A stretch of DNA of 64,000 bases from Octopus bimaculoides (lineage: Eukaryota), in NCBI RefSeq assembly GCF_001194135.2, contig NC_068986.1:97686726-97750725 (forward strand), read 5' to 3'. The notes under the pieces are model-generated. The model did not search any database, was not told the DNA's origin, and saw nothing but the letters and a program-made list of their open reading frames with translations. The translations under genes and the position numbers were made by a program. This document shows, in pieces, positions 27,260 to 39,919 of the stretch; within the stretch, counting starts at the first letter, position 1; each line of letters starts with the position of its first letter.

Positions 27260-29809
27260 NNNNNNNNNNNNNNNNNNNNNNNNNNNNNNNNNNNNNNNNN
27301 NNNNNNNNNNNNNNNNNNNNNNNNNNNNNNNNNNNNNNNNNNNNNNNNNNNNNNNNNNNTGTGTGTGTGTGTGTGTTATTTTAATTTTGGGCTCATAATT
27401 ATTTGTGAACAATTTTAACTTGGGTGAATTTCTTTCAGAGTTAAAATGAAACATTTGAATTGCCATGGGGTTGCCGCTAATGGTCCGGTACATATATGTC
27501 AGTGACAAATTTTGGTCATGTGTCGTTTTGTTATTGATTTTAGACTTTCAAATATCTCCATTTCATTTAGAAATACAAAATGGGCACTATAAATATTTTT
27601 AAAGATAAAATGTTAAGAATTTTAGTGGGTTAAATGCATCAATGATGTCTTATGTCACCATATCATTATGAATCACTCAGTAAATTTTCACAGTCCAGAT
27701 TTTTCATGTGCTATCTATCATACTCAGCATCTGTCAGTACTTAAGAAACGTGGATTAGTGTATAATAACTTCCTTGATTAGAGTCTTCTGGTTAGTGAAG
27801 TGAAACTGAAATAAATGAATTTCAGACCTTGACTCTGAAGCAATATATAAGATCAAGTCAATCAGTTGTAATATCAAATAGTTATGACACTGATAATTTA
27901 AAGATGTTCTGTTTCTAACACAGAGCGAAACTAATGTAGTATTTCGCTTTCCCTAAAACGCTAACTATAATAGATTTAGGATTTCGTTGTTTCTAAAACA
28001 AAGTGAATAAACTCGATATTTCGAACACATTTCGTGTACTGAGAACAGGAAAAATAAGGTGAACAATTGATCCATGTTAAAAGATCCGTGAACTTTTGCG
28101 ACTTAATATGAAATTTGCTGAAATCGCTCTATTAAGGAACCTCGCTCTCCATCTTCTCAATACTAGCCTATTATTTTTAGTGCTGTTAATTTAGATACAT
28201 ATATTTTGGCTATCTCTCACCGAATATCGAGAGCATATATATATATATATATANNNNNNNNNNNNNNNNNNNNNNNNNNNNNNNNNNNNNNNNNNNNNNN
28301 NNNNNNNNNNNNNNNNNNNNNNNNNNNNNNNNNNNNNNNNNNNNNNNNNNNNNNNNNNNNNNNNNNNNNNNNNNNNNNNNNNNNNNNNNNNNNNNNNNNN
28401 NNNNNNNNNNNNNNNNNNNNNNNNNNNNNNNNNNNNNNNNNNNNNNNNNNNNNNNNNNNNNNNNNNNNNNNNNNNNNNNNNNNNNNNNNNNNNNNNNNNN
28501 NNNNNNNNNNNNNNNNNNNNNNNNNNNNNNNNNNNNNNNNNNNATATATATATATATATATATATACAAATATGTTTAGTCGTTGGTGTGTTTGTGTGTG
28601 CGTGTGTATACCCGTATGTGTATATATGTATGTAAGCCTTGAATCTTATATGCGTTTAGTAAATAGTTTAATTTCTTTTGTTCTAGCTGCTGACGTGAAT
28701 CCCTGCCTACATTCTGAATTTCTTTTCACATTTCTTGACATTCTTGAAACGAACGCAAGTAAGTTTGAATATTTTGATATATGAATGATGTTGTTATGTG
28801 ATTTATTGGGGTACTTACACATTCCCACACAAACACCCCACCACATATATATATTAAAATTGCTTTTGTTGTTATACACATAAAGCGAATAAGGTTTGAC
28901 TAAATAAAAAATTCAATTTTCATGTAAAGTTTAAGAGAATATCACTTTATCCATAGAGATGTCGAAGATCTTCGTGTACGTGGCTTGTAGTCACTATTTG
29001 AATAAACTGTATTGTATCGTTAGTGCGATTTCACTGACAATAATTTTTTTTATCAGTGTTTGCGGAGGCGTGTGTTTGCCAATCTGAGCATCTCAGTATG
29101 TTCTGACGGGTGTATAACAATATCACTTTTCATTGATTTATAGATATTCTAATATTGTGATTATTTACATTATCATGACAAAATTATTTCTTTAGCTTTC
29201 GGAGAATGTATATAAACAATAGATACTGAAAGAAAAATACCATTTGTTGAATATACGTGGATATAATTTACTATTCACTAATTTAATTTACTTATTGTAA
29301 CAAACACATGTATAGAAAGTAATTATGTTGTTATGGTTCTGTTATTGGCAATAAATGTTTGCAAATGAATAAACAGTTACTTATCAGAATAAAATTGGAT
29401 TTTATGTTGTAGAAAACATGATAATCTATCAGATCGCTTTTCACAGTTCGAATACAAATTAGTTCTATATTTCAGAATATTTACAGAGATTTAACGTAAG
29501 ATTGGGTTCCACTGTTTTTTAAACATTTTCCGTTTGAAAAGATGCAGATATTATCTAACATGTTACCACTCCTTCATCATTTTGTTGTTTTATTAACTTA
29601 ACACATTAAGTGAGCATAATGTGTTTATCAAATTGGTTTTGACATAGATAACTTCAGTATATAAAGTTTTTATATAGTTTATTGGGTTCTTCACTTTTTT
29701 CTGTGTACGATTAAAGAAGTATAATAGAAAGCTGTGTGAGTCAGTGAAATAAGAGAGCATCTTTGAGACGGTCGTTCAGCAAGATATTACCGACAAATCT
29801 GTCTCTAAA

Positions 29810-30010
29810 TTCTTTTCTACTCTCGACACAAGGCCCGACATTTTGGGGGTAGGGGCCCAGTCGATTAGATCGACCCGAGTAAGCAACTAGTGCTTAATTT
29901 ATCAACCCCGAAAGGATGAAAGGCAAAGTCAACCCCGGTGGAATTTGAACTCAGAACGTTAAGACAGGCGAAATACCGCTAAGCATTTCGCCCGGGGTGC
30001 TAACGTTTCT
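29810..30010 (-). mobile_element. SINE family A, tail type 1
   Basis: TTCTACTCTCGACACAAGGCCCG tail, GGATGAAAGGCAAAGTC core, tRNA-like head cut at TAACGTTTCT. Confidence 0.92.
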
Positions 30011-30242
30011 TATTTCATTACTGCCCACAAGGGGCTACAAACAGAGGGGAGAAACAAGGGCAGAAAAATGGATTAAGTCGATTATATCGACCCCTGTGCG
30101 TAACTGGTACTTATTTAATCGACCCCGAAGGGATGAAAGGCAAAGTCGACCTCGGCGGAATTTGAACTCAGAACGTAGCGGCAGACGAAATACCGCTAAG
30201 CATTTCGCCCGGCGTGGTAACGTTTCTGCCAGCTCGCCACCT
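30011..30242 (-). mobile_element. SINE family A, tail type 2, complete head
   Basis: TATTTC..TGCCCACAAGGGGCT tail. Head on the reverse strand is GGTGGCGAGCTGGCAGAAACG..GAGTTCAAATTCC (A and B boxes). Confidence 0.93.
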
Positions 30243-30718
30243 TAGCATCCTACTATATTAAAAGAGGGAGGACTTAAGCGTAACGTAGTTTTATACATTC
30301 ATACATACATAAATACATACATGTATGCATATGTGGGTGTGCGTATGTGCATACACATGCACACACACACTCACGCACACACACATATATTTAAGCAAAA
30401 TATCTAGTTACAAAATCTTTATGAGTGATGAAAGTAGTTACTATAATGTGAAGTAATGTCTATTGCCATATCAGTTTGGCTGTTCGACGTTACTACCGTT
30501 TTAACCTGCAGCAAAATCTCCTCTGCTTGCAATATATACCGGGTGCAGGTGCAATCTACAACCAACTGAAGGGAACTCTTCGTGGGGTTAAAAACTGTAG
30601 TAACGCCAAACAGCTAGACTGGTGTGGCGATAGACATTACTTCGTGCCGTCTCTCCACCTATCTCGCTCTCCGTCTGTCTCCGTCTCTGTCTCTCTCTCT
30701 CCCTATCTCTCTCTCTCC

Positions 30719-30758
<40 letters not shown>

Positions 30759-31204
30759 NNNNNNNNNNNNNNNNNNNNNNNNNNNNNNNNNNNNNNNNNN
30801 NNNNNNNNNNNNNNNNNNNNNNNNNNNNNNNNNNNNNNNNNNNNNNNNNNNNNNNNNNNNNNNNNNNNNNNNNNNNNNNNNNNNNNNNNNNNNNNNNNNN
30901 NNNNNNNNNNNNNNNNNNNNNNNNNNNNNNNNNNNNNNNNNNNNNNNNNNNNNNNNNNNNNNNNNNNNNNNNNNNNNNNNNNNNNNNNNNNNNNNNNNNN
31001 NNNNNNNNNNNNNNNNNNNNNNNNNNNNNNNNNNNNNNNNNNNNNNNNNNNNNNNNNNNNNNNNNNNNNNNNNNNNNNNNNNNNNNNNNNNNNNNNNNNN
31101 NNNNNNNNNNNNNNNNNNNNNNNNNNNNNNNNNNNNNNNNNNNNNNNNNNNNNATATATATATATATATATATATACATATATATATACATATGTATATA
31201 TATA

Positions 31205-31903
31205 CGCGGTCTAATCAATAAGTGTCCGGATTATTTCCATAATAACTAGCGCAAAGCAGGCAGATGAAGCCGCTCTGTTGTGCATGCGCAATAAGTTCTA
31301 GCGTTTTACCTCACTTCTGCTTTTTAGAGCAGTGCTTGGAAGGAGTGTGTGTAGCGTGTGATCGCGACACTAACAATGACAGAGAAAGTTGAGCAGAGAA
31401 TCTGTATGAATTTTTGCCAAAGTGAAGTAAGCAAATTTTCAAAACGTTTTCATCGTTCTTGACGCAATCAAGGAGATTTTGTGTAACTGAAGTCCCAGTG
31501 TAGTTTTTGGTCAGCTGAAAGCAGTTTTGGCACAAACTTGACAGATACGCATCTCATACCCAAATCTGCAGTGATAATGGACTGTATTGAACCGTAACTA
31601 ATCAGCACATCCTCTGATAACTCACGGATGGTGATTCAACAATACCCCTCCCATCTGTACGCACATCTGCTCTGCTTTGCTTTTTAAAGTTCTGCTTGTT
31701 GCAGGTCTCCCACAATGATCTCAAAATAGAAACGTCTGAACCACTCGTACACTTGTGAGCGGCTCATAGACTTCTCTCCATACATTTTCTCCAACTTTGC
31801 GTAGGCTTATGAACAGGATACCTTTTAAGAGGCCTATGTAAAGTTGCTTGAATGGAGAGTGTGTAGCGTGTGACCGTCTCATTGACCATGATAGAGAAAG
31901 TTG
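31205..31903 (+). mobile_element. Rearranged mariner element (left TIR, start of transposase, inverted internal segment, repeated start)
   Basis: TA + CGCGGTCTAATCAATAAGTGTCCGGA TIR. ATG at 31376 gives MTEKVEQRICMNFCQ. 31422-31822 on the minus strand gives AYAKLEKMYGEKSMSRSQVYEWFRRF..LSEDVLISYGSIQSIITADLGMRCVSVKFVPKLL..LLDCVKNDENVLK. Confidence 0.88.
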
Positions 31904-32292
31904 TCATGGCAAAACATTTTCAGTGGTTTTTAAATAAAGAATGTCGTTCATTCCATTTCCTTTCATTTATCAATTTATATAAACTCGGATATTAAGATAT
32001 CTCTTATGTATATCCATTTGGAGAAGCATGATGATGTCAGGTAGCGAATAACTCTGGACTGGTTTTGTGTAGCATTCTACAAGATTTCTTTTTAGAATCT
32101 TATTTAACATATTTCTAGAAACTTATTGGCAAAATTCGAAGTTACATATACTCTCATTTTCGTGTATTAGAATATAACATTACTCATGCTTTCAGTAACT
32201 TTCAAAATGAATGCTACTTGATTTCAATGGTATTAATAAAAAAGCTATCTTCAAATAGTTTTTATCTATATATGTGTAAGTATTGATATGTA

Positions 32293-32378
<86 letters not shown>

Positions 32379-32999
32379 GTATTGATATGTATGATATATA
32401 TATATATATATATATCAGTGTGTGTCTATGCGCATACATAAATACATATATGTATATGTCCCTCCCCTTTGTGTATATGTATGTGTATGTGCGTAGGCGC
32501 GCCTGTATGTATTCCTGTATATAATGCCATAAATCATTTGGAAAATAACTATAGAGGATTTCCTAAAAGCAAACTACAAACTTCAATTAACCACACGAAT
32601 ACATCAAACGTAAAGACTATATCATTAAATCTACTAGGATTTATAGTTATATAATTTTAATAACGGAAACCACATTCAACATACTACTACTAGAAAATTG
32701 AAGCAGTACTTTCATAAATATCAATACCATGTTGTGTAATATCCAACGAGTCCACTATATATTGAATGGGAACAAGCTGTTTTCTTAAGAGTTGTAGCCA
32801 GCACACCCTGTGCTTTCTAAGTTACCTTAAGATAGACACATCCCAGTGCAGAATTAAAAGACGCTATGTATACACCAAACTTCACTGGCCGTCAATCGTT
32901 GGGATGGTTTCACATCTGCACGAGTGTTCCTTGTTCATTGTAAAGTGGTATCTTAATGGCTGGCAATTTCGTCGTAGCACCAGTTAATTAACGAAAAAC

Positions 33000-35100
33000 G
33001 GTATAATTTTAAATATTCATTCATTAACACATACCATTGTATGACTAACTTAGTTTTTACATTTACAGATACCGTTTAAACGCTTTCTTCCTTGGAACAT
33101 TTTCCATGTACTTGAAATCAATATTTCGATGCCGAGTCGTGCTAAAGCCACCAGACGACTTGGCAAATAATTTGTTCTGAAATATTTTTTATCAGCTTAA
33201 GTTTATTGAATGAATTTTTCTGCAAAGTCAGCCATTGCAGATATCTAGAGAAAATGATATTTTTTAACATGTTCTTATATATTTAATTAAATATATCCAT
33301 GGGCTTATGTTGTACATTCTCAAAGCTGCTTGGGCGTATCATAGATTTCATGTCGATAAATTCATTTAATGGGTCTTTGTAAATTTCTGCAACTGACACG
33401 CTCTTTACCCTAAAATAAGAATTTCCAATATATCCAATAATGGTCAGCGAAATTTTATCAGCAGTTTCATATACTCTAGTTAAAGCGCCAATGACGAAAG
33501 CGACAATATAAAAAAAATAAGAAATAACGATTTCATATCTGTACCAGGAACCTTTGTGGGTTCTCAACATTTGACTTAATTTCCTTAATTTCTTTTTTTA
33601 CTATCTGACATTTGCTTTTAGTTTTGTTTCTACCAACAGACTGTTCGCGAGAAGTCTTGAGTTTGTTTTGGAGAGTAAATGAAACATTCAGTGTTGTCCA
33701 CTTCATTATTAACAATGATATCTCTTGTATGTTACATCATAGTGCATATATGAATAACAGTAAAAATGTTAAATCAGGCAGATGGCGTGTGTACGCGTCA
33801 GAAAGAGGACATATGTTCAATAGCTACTGTTATTTCACTTATTGTTAGTGAAATTATTATTTCACATATTATTAAGGCTCAAAAGACTTCGAAGGGCCAA
33901 TGTGACAGCATTGCGATTTGTTGCACTGTGTTTGGCAGAAGAATTTTGTTTTTGCAGTACTCTTTTTTAGTGTTCTTGTTTCAATCGTGACGTTATAGCT
34001 TTCTTACAGTACTTGAAATTGTGTGGTTTGTAAATCTGAATCGAACACATGCATGCAATGTATGACATATAATGGGGATAGTGGTAAGCGGTCTTCGATA
34101 AGTTTTATCCTGTTTACACCTTTTTTACCTGGTAGATATATTGGCACCGTTTACATATTCTTGGTTCTAAGGACACGATATGTTTACAAAATGCTTTCTC
34201 CATCTGTTTTGCAATGGTAAGACGATTTGTTTTTATTACATAAAGCTTCGAAAGAAAGTAACGTACAATAAGGTGACGTATGATCAGGTAACGTACGATA
34301 AACGTTGTATCATCTGCATCAACGGGATCCATAATGCATCCATTATGGTTAAAATACTCTTTCTGTGATCACTCAGAGTTTGTCAAATCATTGAGAAATA
34401 TGTTCATATTGTGACTGAGCCGAAGGACAATGTCCATGCAATCTTTTTTCATTCTCATGGTGTTTCTTGGTCTTCGAAGCACGAGCTGCATGTACGGAAT
34501 TCGGATGCGACAAAAGTTCAAAGAACCCAAGCAAGTTATCATTGTAAACAATACATGTCATATGAGAAATACCATAGAATAAAAACCATACAAAAAGAGA
34601 AAAACAAGACAGTGTAGACTATCGATCTAATTCCTATTCTCTATTGCAATCTGTTTTACGAAGAATACATGGCCTGTGCATCAATTTAACTGAATTCTTT
34701 GATAGAGCATTCTTCTTCATGATACATAATTCAATTTTTGTTGGTTTCTACGTTCAGAAATTCAATTTCGTAATTCTCTCCACTTTTCTGTGGATAGAAT
34801 ATTCATTCTCTATTGTGAGCTTGATTCATTAACTCCGCTTTCCTAAAAAGTCGCCATGCTGAAGAAAATATGACTATTTTGTTTTTAGTTTACAACAGCC
34901 AATTATTCAGACATTTCACTATTGTGATTTCTCCTCTTAAAGATACTGAATATCTTTTGGGGGAAGAAATATATCATTTTAGTATATTCATCATCTTCAT
35001 TGTATTACATTTCAAATCCAGGAACGACATCCGTTTCTATTCCCTTTAATCTTTTGCTTTCTATAATCCAGACTTCATATTATACATTATCATAGTCTAA
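33000..35100 (-). mobile_element. Probable very old piggyBac (PGBD4-like) transposase fossil
   Basis: Scattered minus-strand motifs in the expected order: FSSAWRLF (~34845-34868), VFDS..SYNVTIE (~33985-34045, cf. NVTIDEQ), KSVSVAEIYKDP (~33370-33410), Cys-containing tail ICKCKN..MVC (~33025-33070). Many stops, no TTAA/TIR found. Similarity judged from memory. Confidence 0.4.
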
Positions 35101-35737
35101 AATTATCGTAACATGTTATTAATTAATACTCTGTATGCAGAGAGACCATTTACAAATCCTGTATTTGCTTGTTTACTCGATAAAAAACTGAAAAATAATT
35201 CCGGACATGTGTCTACTAGGTCAACGTCAATTTGAGGATAAACAATTAACAACAATTATAGAATGACTGGATAAATTAGTTGCATGAACAAATATGATAC
35301 TGAAATCTAGAATACCAGTTATAATTAATCTGCTTCATCAGTTATGATTCGTGGCTGTGCAACCACATGGGGAGATAATCTGGCCGCAGGCATATGTACA
35401 AATAATAGATATTTCACTACCGATACACTTTTCATCATATCTATTCAAGACTTTCGGTGGTTAGACACAACGTTACGATAAGTGGAGAATGTATTCCTAG
35501 ATTTACTATGCTTGAAGACAAAACGAGATAGCCATGATTAGAATACTTATAACCATGATTTTACTTTACAGGAGCACACTTAATTCTAAACAAATTTGCC
35601 GAAGGGTACACTAGAAAATATTGTCGTAGAAACGGTATGTTTGAATGAAAAGTACGAAGGACACAACTAGATGGCATCTGATTAAAATTCGATTTATTCT
35701 ACACTGAACTACTACTATATATAAAATAGTGTATGCA

Positions 35738-35741
<4 letters not shown>

Positions 35742-35805
<64 letters not shown>
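35742..35805. repeat. (GT)n microsatellite
   Basis: Read directly. Confidence 0.97.
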
Positions 35806-35806
<1 letters not shown>

Positions 35807-36726
35807 TATACTAAATATATATATCTTACCAGACGTATGAGTTCTGGGGTTTGCGTTGCTTAGTGATTGGGTTGTTGGACTTACTATCGTCGGTTCAATT
35901 CTCAGATCAGTCAGGGCATTAAGCTTTTGAACCAAAACTTCATTTCACTATACTGTATTGAGTAGCAGCAGTTGGTTAGTCAGGGATTGGTGTCTCCTTT
36001 ACGTTAGCCTATTGTAGTCTAGATCGCTTACACAATTTGGAAGCTGGAATACGTTCAGGCCTAAAAATCATGCAGGTTCCTGATAGACCGATGACTAAGC
36101 TATATAGGGAGCCAAAAAGGAACCTTACACGTTTTCGATGGACCTACAAAAAGTAATAGGGCATCGTACTATTTTATAATTATTTAGCATTTCATAGATT
36201 TGTGGGCTTCGGTTTCTACAAAATTGTAGGCGTTTCAGATGATGGCTTTAATCACTAAATAAAAGTCATACACGGACCAACATGAAATGAATTTAGGGAA
36301 GATATTTCATTTATAAGAGTAGCAGTATCCTGAAAACTGATTGTCAACCACATCAGCGATAAAGCAAATTAGTTGTAGGTTCTTACCGAGGTAACTGACT
36401 TTAGAATATATTGCTTAACTAATTTTGATGATGTAAGTTATGAAGTTACGTAGCAGAGAGATCATTTTAAACATTTTGCACTGTATCAATTTGAACCAGT
36501 GTATGGGTACGTGTATATAAGTATGTACGAGTGTGTGTGTGCATATACATAAATACATATATACATGTATGTATGTATATATATCTGTATGTATGTATGT
36601 ATGTATGTATGTATGTATGTATGTATGTATGTATTAACTTGTGTTTGTATGATACAGCATTTACGAATAAACATTGCGCTATAAAAATTTAGATTGATTC
36701 AGAGATTGAAACACGGTCACCTGTTC

Positions 36727-36816
<90 letters not shown>

Positions 36817-36817
36817 G

Positions 36818-38268
36818 GGCGCAAACCCCAAAGTGGTTGACCACAGGTTAAGCAGTTCCTTGTCAAAAGAATCTCAATAAAAGTAATGCAGTGAATAATC
36901 GCCGTCCTGTATTATGCCTACCCCTGATGTGGAAGTTTATGACAATAATAGTAACTAAATTGTATGTATAGATTCTTGAAAATGAATGACAAACTGCCAG
37001 TGAAGCATAAAAGATGCAGAAGGAAAAACTGAGGGACAAAAGATGAACTTCTGACAGACAGAATGTTGCCGAACGACTGCAAGAAAAGACATACTGCTCT
37101 GAGTATAGCGTGGAACGATTATAAGAAAGTGCATGACATGGTTCCCCATTCCTGGATTTTAGACCTGTAACTGTACTACTTTCTGTAGTATCTGTGTGGG
37201 AGTTCTGATAACATATTAAATTTCATCTGGAGATCAATGAAGAACTGGAATACATAATTAACATCATGTGGACACATTTTAACAAGGGTTAATATCAACA
37301 GAAGCGTATTTCAGGGATATAACCTATCACCATTATTGTTTGTACTGTCCATGATACCCCACACAGATGCTATGGAAAGTGACATCGTGGTACACCTTGA
37401 AAACTGGAGAGAAATTAAATCATCTATTATATGTAGATGACATAAAGGTCTTTCGAAAAACCGAACGGGAACTGCATGCTGTGGTTTCAACAGTGCAGAT
37501 ATCCAGTAAGGATATTCGAATTGAATTTGGGACTAAAGGGTTTGGTATGCTTATAATACAAAAAGGCAAAGTAGTATCATTTGATGCTGTAGATCTACCC
37601 AACGGGAAGAAAATCAAAGATGTTGAGACTGATGGATGTAAGTATCTGGATATTTTGGAGTACGACGAAATCTAGGAGAGTAAGATGAAAGAAAGCTTTA
37701 GGCGAGAATATCTTGAAAGAACCAAATTAATTGAGGGAAGTAGACTCAATTGAGAGAACAAGATTAGGGCAATGAATACATGGGCTCTTTACTTAATGCG
37801 ACACTGCGCAGGTGTTGTTAGATGGACAAAGAACGAGCTTGAGAAAATCAATAGAAAACCAGGGAAATTATGACAATTAACACGGAACTGAACCTAAAAA
37901 GCGATATTGAGAGATTGTATGTACCTAGGAATAAGGGAGAAAGAGGTCTCATAGGGTGCAAGATCGGTGTTCTCAACTAGAACAGTTTGACAGGGTACAT
38001 CAAACAGCAGAGTGAATCCTTGCTTGCCACTGTTAGAAATAACACGTTACCTACCGAAAATGTGATGCACCCAAAAGAATTTAAGAATATGAAAAACAGA
38101 GAGTAAACAATTGGAAAATGAATACAATGCATGGGCAATACCTCAGAAAAATCGAAGGAAAAGACAAGAGCAACATCTGAAGTTGACTAAGAAATAGTGT
38201 TCTGGAAGGATGCACTGAAGCACTGATATGCAGGGCTTAGAAACAGATCTGAGAACTAATAACATCAA
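36818..38268 (+). mobile_element. R4/Dong-type LINE, RT portion (5' part of a split element)
   Basis: [84 protein letters not shown]. Begins right after (TA)n at 36724-36816. Confidence 0.93.
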
Positions 38269-38358
38269 TACAGTTTTATATCTAAGAAATGAGGAATTAT
38301 GTACAGTATTTACATTATTTACATTTGACGGATATTTGCCCTCATCTTGTTTGTTTTT

Positions 38359-38404
38359 AACACAACGTTTCGGCTGATATACCCCGCAGCCTTCATCAGG
38401 TGTC
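38359..38404 (-). ncRNA. Minimal type I hammerhead ribozyme (intact fold)
   Basis: The minus strand reads GACAC CUGAUGA A GGCUG cgggguauau CAGCC GAAA CGUU GUGUU: stem I GACAC/GUGUU, perfect 5-bp stem II, palindromic loopless stem III AC/GU, predicted cleavage after GUU. Confidence 0.75.
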
Positions 38405-38451
38405 TTGGGGAAATTTCGAATCTGGGTTCTCGTTCCTAGGGTATTTTTCGA

Positions 38452-38489
38452 TGTTGTTATTGTTGTTATTATTATTATTGTTATTATTG

Positions 38490-38545
<56 letters not shown>

Positions 38546-39714
38546 GTTCAGTAGTTTTATTTTTATAACGTGCTTTCACTTCACTACCGAGCGCAGCTCT
38601 GTGCGCCTTGGGTATGTGCTGTGGATTCCTGTGGTGTTCTTATGGTTACTGTATTGAAAGTGTTTTACGTAGGATGTGTGCAGTACCCAGTAGTGCAATT
38701 TTCTGTATGTTATATATATTTGTAAGTCCTGGTCCTCTTGTTATGTATTTGTCTGAATATTTTTTTATTATGCCTAAGGCACCTACTATGATAGGAATTG
38801 TTTCTGTTTTTAGATTCCACATTCGAGTTACCTCTATTTCCAGGTGTTTGTATTTTGAATGTTTTTCCATTTCTTTTAGAGAAACGTTGTCATCTGTCGG
38901 TATTGATANNNNNNNNNNNNNNNNNNNNNNNNNNNNNNNNNNNNNNNNNNNNNNNNNNNNNNNNNNNNNNNNNNNNNNNNNNNNNNNNNNNNNNNNNNNN
39001 NNNNNNNNNNNNNNNNNNNNNNNNNNNNNNNNNNNNNNNNNNNNNNNNNNNNNNNNNNNNNNNNNNNNNNNNNNNNNNNNNNNNNNNNNNNNNNNNNNNN
39101 NNNNNNNNNNNNNNNNNNNNNNNNNNNNNNNNNNNNNNNNNNNNNNNNNNNNNNNNNNNNNNNNNNNNNNNNNNNNNNNNNNNNNNNNNNNNNNNNNNNN
39201 NNNNNNNNNNNNNNNNNNNNNNNNNNNNNNNNNNNNNNNNNNNNNNNNNNNNNNNNNNNNNNNNNNNNNNNNNNNNNNNNNNNNNNNNNNNNNNNNNNNN
39301 NNNNNNNNNNNNNNNNNNNNNNNNNNNNNNNNNNNNNNNNNNNNNNNNNNNNNNNNNNNNNNNNNNNNNNNNNNNNNNNNNNNNNNNNNNNNNNNNNNNN
39401 NNNNNNNNNNNNNNNNNNNNNNNNNNNNNNNNNNNNNNNNNNNNNNNNNNNNNNNNNNNNNNNNNNNNNNNNNNNNNNNNNNNNNNNNNNNNNNNNNNNN
39501 NNNNNNNNNNNNNNNNNNNNNNNNNNNNNNNNNNNNNNNNNNNNNNNNNNNNNNNNNNNNNNNNNNNNNNNNNNNNNNNNNNNNNNNNTTCTTCTTCTTC
39601 TTCTTCTTCTTCTTCTTCTTCTTCTTCTTCTTCTTCTTCTTCTTCTTCTTCTTCTTCTTCGTATTTGTTAGGTAGATTGATTTCTTGTTCGTATTTGTCA
39701 GCTTCCTTAAATAC
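38452..39714 (-). mobile_element. Second R4/Dong-type LINE, 5'-truncated, inserted in the (AAT)n tract (middle in gap)
   Basis: ORF 38646-38870 EKHSKYKHLEIEVTRMWNLKTETIPIIVGALG..QKIALLGTAHILRK (RLE C-terminus), then 3' UTR and (AAT)n at 38452-38548. Upstream coding piece FKEADKYEQEINLP at 39661-39714, bounded by (ATT)n at 39715-39796. Confidence 0.88.
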
Positions 39715-39728
39715 TATTATTATTATTA

Positions 39729-39797
<69 letters not shown>

Positions 39798-39873
39798 TGG
39801 TCACTGCCTGGAATCGAACTCAGAATCTTGGAGTTAGTAGCCTGCACTCTTAACCGCTACGAAATTTCCCTAA

Positions 39874-39919
39874 AACAGCTGATGAAGGCTGCTAGGTAAA
39901 TCAGTCGAAACGTTGTGTT
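39874..39919 (+). ncRNA. Hammerhead ribozyme motif, second arm, stem I closing pair disrupted
   Basis: AACAG CUGAUGA A GGCUG cuagguaaau CAGUC GAAA CGUU GUGUU. There is a G/G mismatch at the base of stem I and a G-U pair in stem II. Confidence 0.6.

Noticed and set aside
34430-34582. 50-aa ORF with signal-peptide-like start (MSMQSFFILMVFLGLRSTSC...)
   Set aside because: It lies antisense to the probable piggyBac fossil and has no supporting gene structure; a hydrophobic run is expected by chance in T-rich sequence.
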